Shown: positions 8,979 to 17,977 of the stretch, one piece after another
Layout of the letters: each line of letters starts with the position of its first letter
Position numbering within the stretch: position 1 is the stretch's first letter
DNA from: an uncultured Myxococcia bacterium
Lineage (GTDB): Bacteria; CAZTWC01
DNA length: 52,547 bases
Assembly: GCA_964617105.1 (NCBI GenBank)
Contig: CAZTWC010000004.1
Location: 1-52,547 of the forward strand
Reading direction: 5' to 3'
The notes under the pieces: model-generated
The model's input: the letters and a program-made list of their open reading frames with translations, nothing else
Told to the model about the DNA's origin: nothing
The model's database searches: none
Made by a program: the position numbers and the translations under genes

Positions 8979-9992
8979 TTAATCTCGGGGTGCCAGCATC
9001 TCTCCATCAAAACAAAAATGGGCAAATTCACTCCGAACAGTATAGATCTCCAGGGAAATATCTCTGATGGTCCCTTTCTGGTTACTGGTGTCCAAATCCA
9101 GGTGGTTCCAGCCGAAGGGAAGGGGTTGTAGCTTTTTTATCTTCACCTCATGGTTGAAAAACAGTTTAAACTCCACTGGAGAACGATCTGAAACCCTGAA
9201 GGCCTGATCAGTGGTGCCGAAAAACAAACGAAACTTCCGGCCGATTTTTACCTGGGGAAAAGTGATGCGCATTTTTGCCGGCGGCTGAGGATGAAACCAG
9301 ATACAGCGGCGGGGAAGATTGCCGATCTCTTTGTACACCACCCCCACATAACTCCATGGATGCAGGCCGCAATACTGTCCGCCGCAGGAAAGGCTTTCTT
9401 CAGAACCATTAAGGCATTCCCATTTCCTCTGCCAGCGGGCATCTACCGTCATACCCAAACATTGGCGGGTAAGAACCGCACTCTTTTGAAGGTCGCAATG
9501 CCAACTCTGTTGAGCCCAAAAATCGCATTTTTCCTGGTGGTCAACAAAAATTCTCTCCACCCGTGCCGATTCTATCTGCTGGCTCATTCGGAAAAGAGAT
9601 TGAACGGTTTTTATCTGAAAAAGGGATATTTGCAGGCGGGAAAATTTTATCTGCTTTTGCAACTTCAAATATGGGTAGGTATAATCTCTATCCAGGGCTG
9701 AAAAAGCGGTGATCAGCCACAGGCGCCGGTAGGGGGCCAACTCCCTCTCCTCAACCTCCTTCAGCCACAACTGCTCCTGCTGGTTCCGCTGCCGGCCCAG
9801 GTATATACGGCCCTCCTCTGCCCAATGGGGCAGGACCAACAACACATCTCCCTCTTCCCAACCTTTTTCCACCTGCAGGGCCGCTGCTTTCCAATCCTCA
9901 GGGGTAGGTACCTCCTCAATTAAAAGAATTTGGACCAGAGCGGAAAACAGAGCCAAAACCGGAAGGAACAAAATGATAAATGCTTTGATCAT
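8979..9992 (-). CDS. hypothetical exported/membrane-anchored Cys-rich protein
   Basis: 337-aa ORF with an N-terminal hydrophobic segment and several Cys (C..W..WHC, RRCIWFHP, HFCFD). Overlaps the purQ stop by 1 bp. Confidence 0.7.
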   Translation of the reverse strand: MIKAFIILFLPVLALFSALVQILLIEEVPTPEDWKAAALQVEKGWEEGDVLLVLPHWAEEGRIYLGRQRNQQEQLWLKEVEERELAPYRRLWLITAFSALDRDYTYPYLKLQKQIKFSRLQISLFQIKTVQSLFRMSQQIESARVERIFVDHQEKCDFWAQQSWHCDLQKSAVLTRQCLGMTVDARWQRKWECLNGSEESLSCGGQYCGLHPWSYVGVVYKEIGNLPRRCIWFHPQPPAKMRITFPQVKIGRKFRLFFGTTDQAFRVSDRSPVEFKLFFNHEVKIKKLQPLPFGWNHLDLDTSNQKGTIRDISLEIYTVRSEFAHFCFDGEMLAPRD

Positions 9993-10813
9993 TAAACCAC
10001 GTTGGTTTTTAAGTATTGGACAGCGTTTTTAAACAAAACCAGCCCCAGGGAATCCTCTTCCACCTTTTCCCTGGTCCACCGGGGATGGTTGCAGGGATGC
10101 AAAAAAGCCTCGGGATGGGGCATCAGCCCAAATATCTGTCCCGACCCATCACAGATAGCGGCAATAGCATCTGGAGAGCCATTGGGGTTATCCGGATATT
10201 TTTGGGTGACCTGAAAATCTTTATCTGCATAGCGCAACACCACCTGGTTGGCGGATACTAACCGTTTTAAAGTATTAGAGTCAGCGGTGAGAAATTTACC
10301 CTCCCCGTGCCGAACCGGCAAATATAACTGCTCCAGGTTGGCAACAAAAGGAGATTTGGTTTGGCTATTTACAATCAAATTTACCCAGCGATCTTCGAAA
10401 CGCCCGGAATCGTTGACCGTAAGAGTGCAAACTTTCTGGCCATAATTACCATCTAGAGCGGGTAAAAGACCAAGTTTTACCAACAGTTGGAAGCCATTGC
10501 AAACCCCGATAATTAATCCTCCATTATTAACGAAGCGAACCAGCAATTCCAACAAGGGTAAACCACTTTTTTTGCATATCATCTGCTCCAGACGGATGGC
10601 GCAAGCCTTGGCAGAACCAAGGTCATCGCCGTCTAAAAATCCTCCCGGAAAATTGATCAGGTGGTAGCGCTCCAACTCCAGCCCTTGATAGAAAAACTGG
10701 TTTAAATGGACAATATCCACCTGGGCGCCGGCCAGTTTGCAGGCCTGCGCCATCTCATCTTCACAGTTAATACCGTTACCGCTAAAAACCAGCGCTCTTA
10801 TTGGTTGTGCCAT
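9992..10813 (-). CDS. purQ: phosphoribosylformylglycinamidine synthase glutaminase subunit PurQ
   Basis: GINCEDE, FPGGFLDGDDLG, catalytic GVCNGFQ, PVRHGEG, NPNGS, GLMPHPE. GGAGG RBS upstream of ATG 10813. Confidence 0.95.
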   Translation of the reverse strand: MAQPIRALVFSGNGINCEDEMAQACKLAGAQVDIVHLNQFFYQGLELERYHLINFPGGFLDGDDLGSAKACAIRLEQMICKKSGLPLLELLVRFVNNGGLIIGVCNGFQLLVKLGLLPALDGNYGQKVCTLTVNDSGRFEDRWVNLIVNSQTKSPFVANLEQLYLPVRHGEGKFLTADSNTLKRLVSANQVVLRYADKDFQVTQKYPDNPNGSPDAIAAICDGSGQIFGLMPHPEAFLHPCNHPRWTREKVEEDSLGLVLFKNAVQYLKTNVV

Positions 10814-10840
10814 CGATTTAAAAACCTCCAAAAATACTTA

Positions 10841-13831
10841 TCACTTATCCTCACCGAACCTCAATGTTCTCTGCCAACTCTGTTTAAGGTCCAAAACTTT
10901 CTCCTTAAGTAAAATTCTCCCATCACTTCCTTTGATCTGCATTTTTTTCTCCCGCCTTACCTCGCCTATCTGGACACAGGGAAAACCTTTGAGCAATCTT
11001 TCTGCTTTGCAGGAGTTCCAAGGCCGCAAAGTGATAACCAGGCGTCCGGCAGACTCGGAAAACAGGTAAAAATCATCTCTAAACCCATCAGGTATTGAGG
11101 CGGACAAATCGATTTCTGCTCCCAAGTTGCCGGCCAGGCAACATTCGGCCAGGGCCACCGCCAATCCGCCATCGGAACAGTCGTGACAGGAGAGCACTCT
11201 CCCTTCAAGCATCAACTGGTGAAGAGCCCTGTACATGCCTATATTTTTCTGAAAATCCACCCTGGGCACCTGCCCGCCATGCTGGTTATGGTGAAGAAAA
11301 TATTCACTGCCCCCCATCTCCTCTTTGGTTTCTCCCACCAAATAAATCAGGTCCCCCGCTTTCTTGAAATCCATGCTAACCGCTTTTTCCAAAACAGGAA
11401 TCTCTCCCACCAGGGAAATAAGCAGAGTGGGCGGGATGGAGATTCTCTCTCCACTTTCGCTGATATAGTCGTTTTTCATGCTGTCTTTGCCAGATATCAG
11501 CGGAATACTGTAGGCAACCGCACCTTTGTACAAGGCCTGATTAGCCCGAACCAGTTGAGCCAGTTTATACTCTCCCTGGGGATTGTTCTCAGATACCACT
11601 GGATCGCACCAGCAAAAATTGTCCAATGCCGCCATATAATCGGGATTTGCACCAACTGCCAGGGCATTGCGCACTGCTTCGTCCAGAGCGTTGGCCGCCA
11701 TCCAGTAACTATCCAGGTCAGAATATCGAGGGCAAATCCCGTGAGAAACCGCCAAACCCTGGTTGGAGTCCAAATCGATGCGGATAACCGCGGCATCAGA
11801 GGGCCCATCATTTTCAGCGCCCATCAAAGGTTTAATCACACTTCTGGCCTGCACTTCGTGGTCGTATTGGCGAACAAAATACTCCTTACTGCATATATTT
11901 AGCCTGGCCAACAAAGCGTGGAGTTCAGCCCCACAGTCGGCAGGCATCGGGATAGAAGGCTCCTCCAATGTTGGCAGACACCAGCGGGCCGTCAACTCCA
12001 GCCGGGGTACGCCCTGGTGGAGAAATTCCATCTCCATTAAACCCACTATATCTTCACCATAACGGATTTGCAGGTACCCGTTGTCATTAAAATCGCCCAG
12101 CACGGTGGCCTCTACGTCCATCTGTCCGGCTAATTCTAAAAAGTCGTTGATTTTGTCCGGAGGCACGGCCAAATTCATTCTCTCCTGGGCCTCGGAAACC
12201 AGTATCTCCCAGGAGGCCAACCCTTCATATTTGAGGGGAGCCGCCTTCAGGTCCAGATCGCAGCCGCCGCAAAATTCAGCAGTTTCTCCCACTGACGAGG
12301 AGAGACCACCAGCACCATTATCAGTGATAAAGTTGTACAATCCCATGTCACGGGCTTTCAGTATAAAGTCGGACATCCTTTTTTGGGTAATAGGATCACC
12401 AATTTGGACGGCGGTCTGAGGACTGCCCTGGTGCAACTCTTCCGAAGAAAAGGTGGCGCCGTGAATTCCATCCTTGCCAATTCTGCCCCCCACCATCACT
12501 ATCAGATCCCCCTTGTCCACTCGCTTCAAATGGGAGGGCTTTCCGCCTACCTGCCGGGGCATAATCCCGCCGGTGCCACAAAAAACCAGGGGCTTGCCCA
12601 GGTAACGCCGGTCAAAAACCACACTTCCATTAACCGTGGGGATTCCGCTCTTATTGCCTCCGTGTTCCACCCCTTCCCGCACTCCATCCAGAATACGCCG
12701 CGGGTGAAGAAGCCTGTCGGGCAAACTCCCGCTGAAAAAAGGATCGGCAAAACAAAAAATGTCGGTATTAAAAATTAACTTTGCCCCCATACCGGTCCCC
12801 AGGGGATCACGGTTTACCCCTACAATACCGGTGAGTGCACCGCCATAGGGGTCCAAAGCCGAGGGGCTATTGTGAGTCTCAACCTTGAATACCAGGCTGT
12901 GTTTGCCATCAAAAGAGATCACTCCGGCGTTGTCACTGAATACCGAGAGGCAAAAATCATCATCTCCCCTCTGGCGGCGGACCTCCCGGGTGGCGGCCCT
13001 GATATAGGTATCGAAAAGACTCTCTATTACCTGCTCCTCTCCCTTTTCATCCCGAAAAGTTATGCGGGCATTGAATATCTTGTGCTTGCAGTGCTCCGAC
13101 CAGGTCTGAGCCAGCATTTCCAGTTCCACATCAGTGGGGTTGGGCGGGAGTGATTTTTGGGCTCTGAAGGCTTGTACCTCTTCCTGACGATAATAGTTCC
13201 TGATAGCTTCCATCTCTTCTACAGACAGGGCCAGCATCCGCTGGCGACTCAGGTTTTGTAACTCCTGGGCTCCCACCTCCAAAGGGATCTCCTCCACCGG
13301 AAAGGGATCTATATGCACTCGGGGGACTTGATAGAGATGCTGATAATCGCTTTTAAGACTACTGCAGAGTATTACTTTCCAACGCTGAATCAAGCGGTTG
13401 GCAATAAGTTTATCAGCCAACTCCTCCACCTGCCCGGAATTCAAATCTCCTTCAATCCAATATTGACAGGCAGTGTACACCCCCTCCTCCGGCCTCAATT
13501 GCCGCCCCAAATAAACTTCCAGCACTTCCCGAGTGGTCCTGCCCACATTGTCTGTTACTCCGGGTTGTAATCCGATCTCCAGCAGCCAATCGGCACTATC
13601 GGCCCATAAAGGCTCATCCAGGCTGGAGTGGTGAATAATCGGGTCAACCAGGACATGGGCGGCCAACTCTTCCAGGGCATTGGCTGATATCTCCATATTT
13701 AGCAAAAACACCTGGGCTGTTTTAATAGAGTTGAGATCAAGATCCAAAAATTTTTTCGACTTTTGGGCGATCATATCACCCTGAACATCTTTTACCTGTG
13801 GCTTTAAACCTACCTCTATCCTGTGAATCAT
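10841..13831 (-). CDS. purL: phosphoribosylformylglycinamidine synthase synthetase subunit PurL (with N-terminal PurS-like domains)
   Basis: AQTWSEHCKHKIF, KVETHNSPSALDPYGGALTG, DGIHGATFSS, TDNGAGGLSSS, SEAQERM, QYDHEVQ, ISGKDSMKN, HDCSDGG. GGAG RBS 6 nt before ATG 13831. Confidence 0.96.
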   Translation of the reverse strand: MIHRIEVGLKPQVKDVQGDMIAQKSKKFLDLDLNSIKTAQVFLLNMEISANALEELAAHVLVDPIIHHSSLDEPLWADSADWLLEIGLQPGVTDNVGRTTREVLEVYLGRQLRPEEGVYTACQYWIEGDLNSGQVEELADKLIANRLIQRWKVILCSSLKSDYQHLYQVPRVHIDPFPVEEIPLEVGAQELQNLSRQRMLALSVEEMEAIRNYYRQEEVQAFRAQKSLPPNPTDVELEMLAQTWSEHCKHKIFNARITFRDEKGEEQVIESLFDTYIRAATREVRRQRGDDDFCLSVFSDNAGVISFDGKHSLVFKVETHNSPSALDPYGGALTGIVGVNRDPLGTGMGAKLIFNTDIFCFADPFFSGSLPDRLLHPRRILDGVREGVEHGGNKSGIPTVNGSVVFDRRYLGKPLVFCGTGGIMPRQVGGKPSHLKRVDKGDLIVMVGGRIGKDGIHGATFSSEELHQGSPQTAVQIGDPITQKRMSDFILKARDMGLYNFITDNGAGGLSSSVGETAEFCGGCDLDLKAAPLKYEGLASWEILVSEAQERMNLAVPPDKINDFLELAGQMDVEATVLGDFNDNGYLQIRYGEDIVGLMEMEFLHQGVPRLELTARWCLPTLEEPSIPMPADCGAELHALLARLNICSKEYFVRQYDHEVQARSVIKPLMGAENDGPSDAAVIRIDLDSNQGLAVSHGICPRYSDLDSYWMAANALDEAVRNALAVGANPDYMAALDNFCWCDPVVSENNPQGEYKLAQLVRANQALYKGAVAYSIPLISGKDSMKNDYISESGERISIPPTLLISLVGEIPVLEKAVSMDFKKAGDLIYLVGETKEEMGGSEYFLHHNQHGGQVPRVDFQKNIGMYRALHQLMLEGRVLSCHDCSDGGLAVALAECCLAGNLGAEIDLSASIPDGFRDDFYLFSESAGRLVITLRPWNSCKAERLLKGFPCVQIGEVRREKKMQIKGSDGRILLKEKVLDLKQSWQRTLRFGEDK

Positions 13832-13872
13832 TTGGCACTCCACCTTTTGGCATTGATTATAATGATGGGGCT

Positions 13873-13917
13873 ATAATACAATTTTTCCTTGACATTATCA
13901 AGGATTAGTAAGATACT
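13873..13917. promoter_or_regulatory. overlapping divergent sigma70-type promoters centred on a palindrome
   Basis: Plus strand: TTGACA(13889-13894)-17 bp-GATACT(13912-13917). Minus strand: TTGATA(13901-13896)-17 bp-TATTAT(13878-13873). Central palindrome TCCTTGA-CATTA-TCAAGGA (13886-13904). Confidence 0.6.
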
Positions 13918-13969
13918 TTGCCATAGTTTAGTAGCCTGAAATTCAACTATTTTTTAGGGAGTCATTGGC

Positions 13970-14623
13970 ATGCAATTTTTTAAAGCCTGCTTGCTTACCT
14001 GCACGTTATTACTGTTTGTTGCCTGTGCTGGACAAGAGAAAAAAGATATTTACCCCTCTGGAGAGGAGGACCAGAAAAATACCGAAAAACTGGGCAAACT
14101 CAACCTGGATCTGGACAATCTTGACGAGCAAAAGGATACTATCAATCCCAATCAAATTGTGCAAAAATTCGATTTAAACCACGATACCCGGGCCGATGTG
14201 TGGAAATATTTTCTTAAGGGAAGCGATAACGAACCCGGACCATTGGTTCGTAAAGAGTTGGATATCAACTTTGACGGCAAAATAGATATCTGGAAATACT
14301 ATAATTCCGACTCCCAGTTACAAAAAGAATCCATGGATCTTGATTTTGACGGTCACGTAGATGCCACCAATTTTTACCAAAACGATATGCTGTTTAAAAA
14401 AGAGATAGACCTCAATTTCGATGAAACTCCAGACTTGTTCAAATATTATGAAAAAGGCAAAATAATTCGTAAAGAGAGAGACACCGATGGTAACGGCAAA
14501 ATAGACTACTGGGAATATTTCGATAATGGTGAAATCGAGCGCATCGGTATTGATACTGATGGTGACGGACAAATCGACAACTGGCACAAACAGAAAAAAG
14601 ATGAGTCTGACCCTGCTAAATAA
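13970..14623 (+). CDS. lipoprotein with six Dx[DN]xDGxxDxW-type (Ca2+-binding-like) repeats
   Basis: Lipobox LLFVAC. Repeats DLNHDTRADVW, DINFDGKIDIW, DLDFDGHVDAT, DLNFDETPDLF, DTDGNGKIDYW and DTDGDGQIDNW, mostly ~22 aa apart. GGGAG RBS. Confidence 0.8.
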   Translation: MQFFKACLLTCTLLLFVACAGQEKKDIYPSGEEDQKNTEKLGKLNLDLDNLDEQKDTINPNQIVQKFDLNHDTRADVWKYFLKGSDNEPGPLVRKELDINFDGKIDIWKYYNSDSQLQKESMDLDFDGHVDATNFYQNDMLFKKEIDLNFDETPDLFKYYEKGKIIRKERDTDGNGKIDYWEYFDNGEIERIGIDTDGDGQIDNWHKQKKDESDPAK

Positions 14624-14641
14624 CCGGCGTTATAATAAAAC

Positions 14642-16426
14642 ATGGTTTTCGGATGGTCTTCAAATATAATTTCCTCTCTATATTTATCTCTATCCCCATC
14701 CTCTTTTCTTAAAACTCTTTTTTTAGTCTTCCCGATTATCTTCATCTTCAATACTATATTTCTCACTAACGCCCTGGCCTGGGATTTTGAAGAGAGCTCC
14801 AGCGACCAAAAAAAGCGCGAGAGCGGTATTGACCCCTCCCTGGAAAAAAATATCGATGATTTGATGAAATTAAGAAAAAAACGGCTTAAAGCGGTTAATA
14901 AAATGCTAAAACTGCTAGGGCAAAGTAAGGGGGATAAGGAGCCGGATGAAACCTGGGAGGAAAATAAAAAGGCTCCGCCAGAAAAGTGGGAATCCAAAAG
15001 GGAAGGCCGCAGCAAATGGAAGGAAAAAAGACAGCGCTCCACTCAAAATCAAGATACGCAATCGGAAAAACGAGCGAAAAGAAAAACAAGGAGAGAGTTT
15101 GAGGAGGAGGAGGAATTTCCCGACTTGATGCCACTGGTGGACGAAAGAGCACCGCTTCACCAAAAAATGGTGGCCCAATCTCGATATTATTACCAGAAAG
15201 CAGAACGGGAATTAGGTCAAACCAAAACTATTTTAATTGCCGTTTTCGTGGTGTTGCCGCTGCTGATCTTTTTTCTTCGAATTGCCTATAAAATCATATC
15301 TTTGCTGTTTTTTTCCGGTTCTTCTCCCCGATTCCGCCCTGGTGAACTATCGCTGGTGGACCAAATGAACCAGCTGGCTTTAAAATTATTAAAGAAAAAG
15401 AAATATCTAAGAGCCGCTAAGTTATATAAAAAAATTGGAAACCTGCACAAAGCAGCAGAGTGTTTTGAAAAAAGTGGCGCTTTAGCGGAAGCGGTAACCC
15501 TGTATGGTAAAACCTATCCAGTCCGGGCTGCTCAAATATGTGCCAACATCGATCTTTGGGATGATGCAGCCCAATATTACCTGCTGGCTGATATGCCGGA
15601 GAAAGCGGCAGAACATATAATCAAGGGTGGCAATAGACTCAAGGCGGCCAGAATCCTGGAAGATAATAATATATTCGATAAAGCGGCAGATTTGTATATG
15701 CAAATTGGCAACAGTAACCGGGCGGCCGACCTCTATTTGCGAAGCGGAAACCTGGAGAAAGCCGGCGGTATTTACCAGGAATTAGCAAAAGATCCAGAGT
15801 TTATCAGGCACTGTGACAAACCAGGATTAGCAAAGATTTTTGAACAACTGGGCCACAAAAGTCAGGCAGCCTATTTTTACCAACTGACAGGCAATATCAT
15901 AAAATCCACCATTCTTTACCTTGAGTGTGGCAAAAGGGAGGAAGCCCGACTAATCTACAGCCAAAATAAAATAAAAGCAGGACAGTTATTGTCAGAATAC
16001 CTGGTGAATAATCCTGGCAAAAAAGACGCTATCCAAACCATAATGGAGGAGTGCCAGGATTTTAAGGGACTTGCTAAATTGAAAGAGAGCCAGGGAGAAT
16101 ATTTGCAGGCAGCAGATTTTGCAAAAAAAGGGGGGGACTATTTATTTGCCGGTGAAATGTACGAAATGGCCGGTAAAATGGACCTTGCCGCCAGAGCTTA
16201 CGAAAAAGCCAAAAGTTACTCCCGGGCGGCCGAGTTATGGGAACTTTTACAAAAACCGGAACGAGCCGCGGAGATTAACATTCGCCAATCCCATGTCACC
16301 TCCCCCGACATTGAGGTAGGTGCCAGTACCACCACCAAACACAAATTGATGACAGAAAAATTTGAAACCGAAAAGAAAGATAGTAGTTTTGGAACTTTGA
16401 CTCTTGAACTAGAGGATGAGGATTAA
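14642..16426 (+). CDS. membrane-anchored TPR/alpha-solenoid repeat protein
   Basis: Signal-like N-terminus (..TNALA|WDF), highly charged K/E/R region, one TM (ILIAVFVVLPLLIFFL), then ~13-aa helical repeats (G....AA..Y). Start codon uncertain. Confidence 0.72.
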   Translation: MVFGWSSNIISSLYLSLSPSSFLKTLFLVFPIIFIFNTIFLTNALAWDFEESSSDQKKRESGIDPSLEKNIDDLMKLRKKRLKAVNKMLKLLGQSKGDKEPDETWEENKKAPPEKWESKREGRSKWKEKRQRSTQNQDTQSEKRAKRKTRREFEEEEEFPDLMPLVDERAPLHQKMVAQSRYYYQKAERELGQTKTILIAVFVVLPLLIFFLRIAYKIISLLFFSGSSPRFRPGELSLVDQMNQLALKLLKKKKYLRAAKLYKKIGNLHKAAECFEKSGALAEAVTLYGKTYPVRAAQICANIDLWDDAAQYYLLADMPEKAAEHIIKGGNRLKAARILEDNNIFDKAADLYMQIGNSNRAADLYLRSGNLEKAGGIYQELAKDPEFIRHCDKPGLAKIFEQLGHKSQAAYFYQLTGNIIKSTILYLECGKREEARLIYSQNKIKAGQLLSEYLVNNPGKKDAIQTIMEECQDFKGLAKLKESQGEYLQAADFAKKGGDYLFAGEMYEMAGKMDLAARAYEKAKSYSRAAELWELLQKPERAAEINIRQSHVTSPDIEVGASTTTKHKLMTEKFETEKKDSSFGTLTLELEDED

Positions 16427-16446
16427 AAACAAAAAGGAGATTAAAC

Positions 16447-17841
16447 ATGAACACAAAACTCTTACAGATTATTTTATGTCTCAGCCTGATTTTCACCATC
16501 CCGGCAACATCTTTTGGCTTTTCTCCCATGGCTGCAGGCGGTGCATCTGGCGATGGCGGCAATGCCGGCAGCATGATGGGAATTGGCAGGATGGGAGATG
16601 ACCTGGTGCTCGATTTTACCGCCCAATTTGAATTTTCGGTAGGCAAATTCGGCGTGGGACTGGGAATACCTCTCCATATTATCCTGGACTCAAAAAACAA
16701 GGAGGCCAAAGACGAAGCCTATTACGGCCTAATCCGCAAGGAAGACTGGGACGAAACCAGTGACTATCTGAGGGTAATCAAATTTCTGCGCTACGGCCAA
16801 AAACGTGAGCCCATCTATTTCCGTATCGGTGAATTGCGTAATGCCTACATCGGCCACGGCACCATTATGAGCGGCTATTTCAACGGCCTGCTAATAGACC
16901 ACTATCGGGCCGGATTGCAGTTTGATCTCAACTCCGATTACGCCGGGGTGGAAACTATCACCGACAACCTGATGGACCCCAATATCGTAGGTGGGAGAGT
17001 CTATGTCCACCCCTTCTCCGTGCTGAACAAAGACTCATACCTGAACAACCTGGCAGTGGGAGTATCGATTATCACCGATATCAAAGCGCCTTTTTCCTAT
17101 AAAAAAGATGGCAGCGGCCAGGTAATGATGGCAGACAAACACCCGGTGGTGGATAAATCCAAACAATTGGAGGTGGTCGGGCTGGATGCTGAATTTACCG
17201 TAATAGACAGCAAACTGCTCAGACTAATCCCCTACGCTGATTTCAACAAGATTCTCAATCACGGACAGGGGATGCACCTGGGTTTTTTAACCATCTTCCA
17301 TTTTGATTTGGGAGTTACTCTGGATCTACAGACCCGGTGGGAATACCGAATGTTTGGCGAAGGTTATATGCCCATCTATTTTGATACTTTTTATGATGTG
17401 CAAAAATACGATATGCCTCTGTCCACTGCAGTGGCCGGCGGCGGACCCACACCTAAAATCAAGGCGTTGGCCGATTCTGGCATTATCCACGGCTATTACG
17501 GCGATCTCTCCTTTAATTTTATCGACGCCATCAATATCGGCGGTACCTACGAAGACTACCAGGGAGACAACAACTCCCGGCTGCTCCTCTTTTTGGTACT
17601 GCCCAAAATGGCCAACATAGAGTTGAAAGGAGAATACCGGCGCACCAACTTCGAAGGGATCTCCGAAGCCTTTGCCCGGGACGAACGCTCCGCGTTAATC
17701 GCCTACGCCCGTTACTATCCTTACTCTTATATCTATTTTGGCGCCACCTACCTCAGATCTTGGCAGTTTGATGAAAAGAATAAAAAGTATGAAGCCACTG
17801 ATTCTTACAGTACAGGGTTTGGCCTAAACTTTGACTTTTAA
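16447..17841 (+). CDS. putative outer-membrane beta-barrel protein
   Basis: Strong AAGGAG RBS, signal peptide, alternating hydrophobic/aromatic beta-strand pattern, C-terminal BAM-type signal ending GFGLNFDF. Confidence 0.65.
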   Translation: MNTKLLQIILCLSLIFTIPATSFGFSPMAAGGASGDGGNAGSMMGIGRMGDDLVLDFTAQFEFSVGKFGVGLGIPLHIILDSKNKEAKDEAYYGLIRKEDWDETSDYLRVIKFLRYGQKREPIYFRIGELRNAYIGHGTIMSGYFNGLLIDHYRAGLQFDLNSDYAGVETITDNLMDPNIVGGRVYVHPFSVLNKDSYLNNLAVGVSIITDIKAPFSYKKDGSGQVMMADKHPVVDKSKQLEVVGLDAEFTVIDSKLLRLIPYADFNKILNHGQGMHLGFLTIFHFDLGVTLDLQTRWEYRMFGEGYMPIYFDTFYDVQKYDMPLSTAVAGGGPTPKIKALADSGIIHGYYGDLSFNFIDAINIGGTYEDYQGDNNSRLLLFLVLPKMANIELKGEYRRTNFEGISEAFARDERSALIAYARYYPYSYIYFGATYLRSWQFDEKNKKYEATDSYSTGFGLNFDF

Positions 17842-17844
17842 GGG

Positions 17845-17969
17845 CAAGAATTCGGATGCATCTCGGCTAACGTTGTTGCCGGCGTATAAATTATCCTCGG
17901 CGTATTATTTATACGCCTGTGGTAATTTTGCCACCGGCGCCTAGTTATCCGAGCGCCTCCAAATTCTTG
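17845..17969. repeat. ~125-bp palindromic intergenic element (MITE/REP-like; could act as bidirectional terminator)
   Basis: Terminal arms CAAGAATTCGGATGCATCTCGGCTAAC (17845-17871) and GTTATCCGAGCGCCTCCAAATTCTTG (17944-17969) are imperfect inverted repeats. Nested stems: GCCGG/CCGGC, AAATTA/TAATTT and GGCGTAT-TATTT-ATACGCC. Confidence 0.7.
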
Positions 17970-17977
17970 AGTTACCT

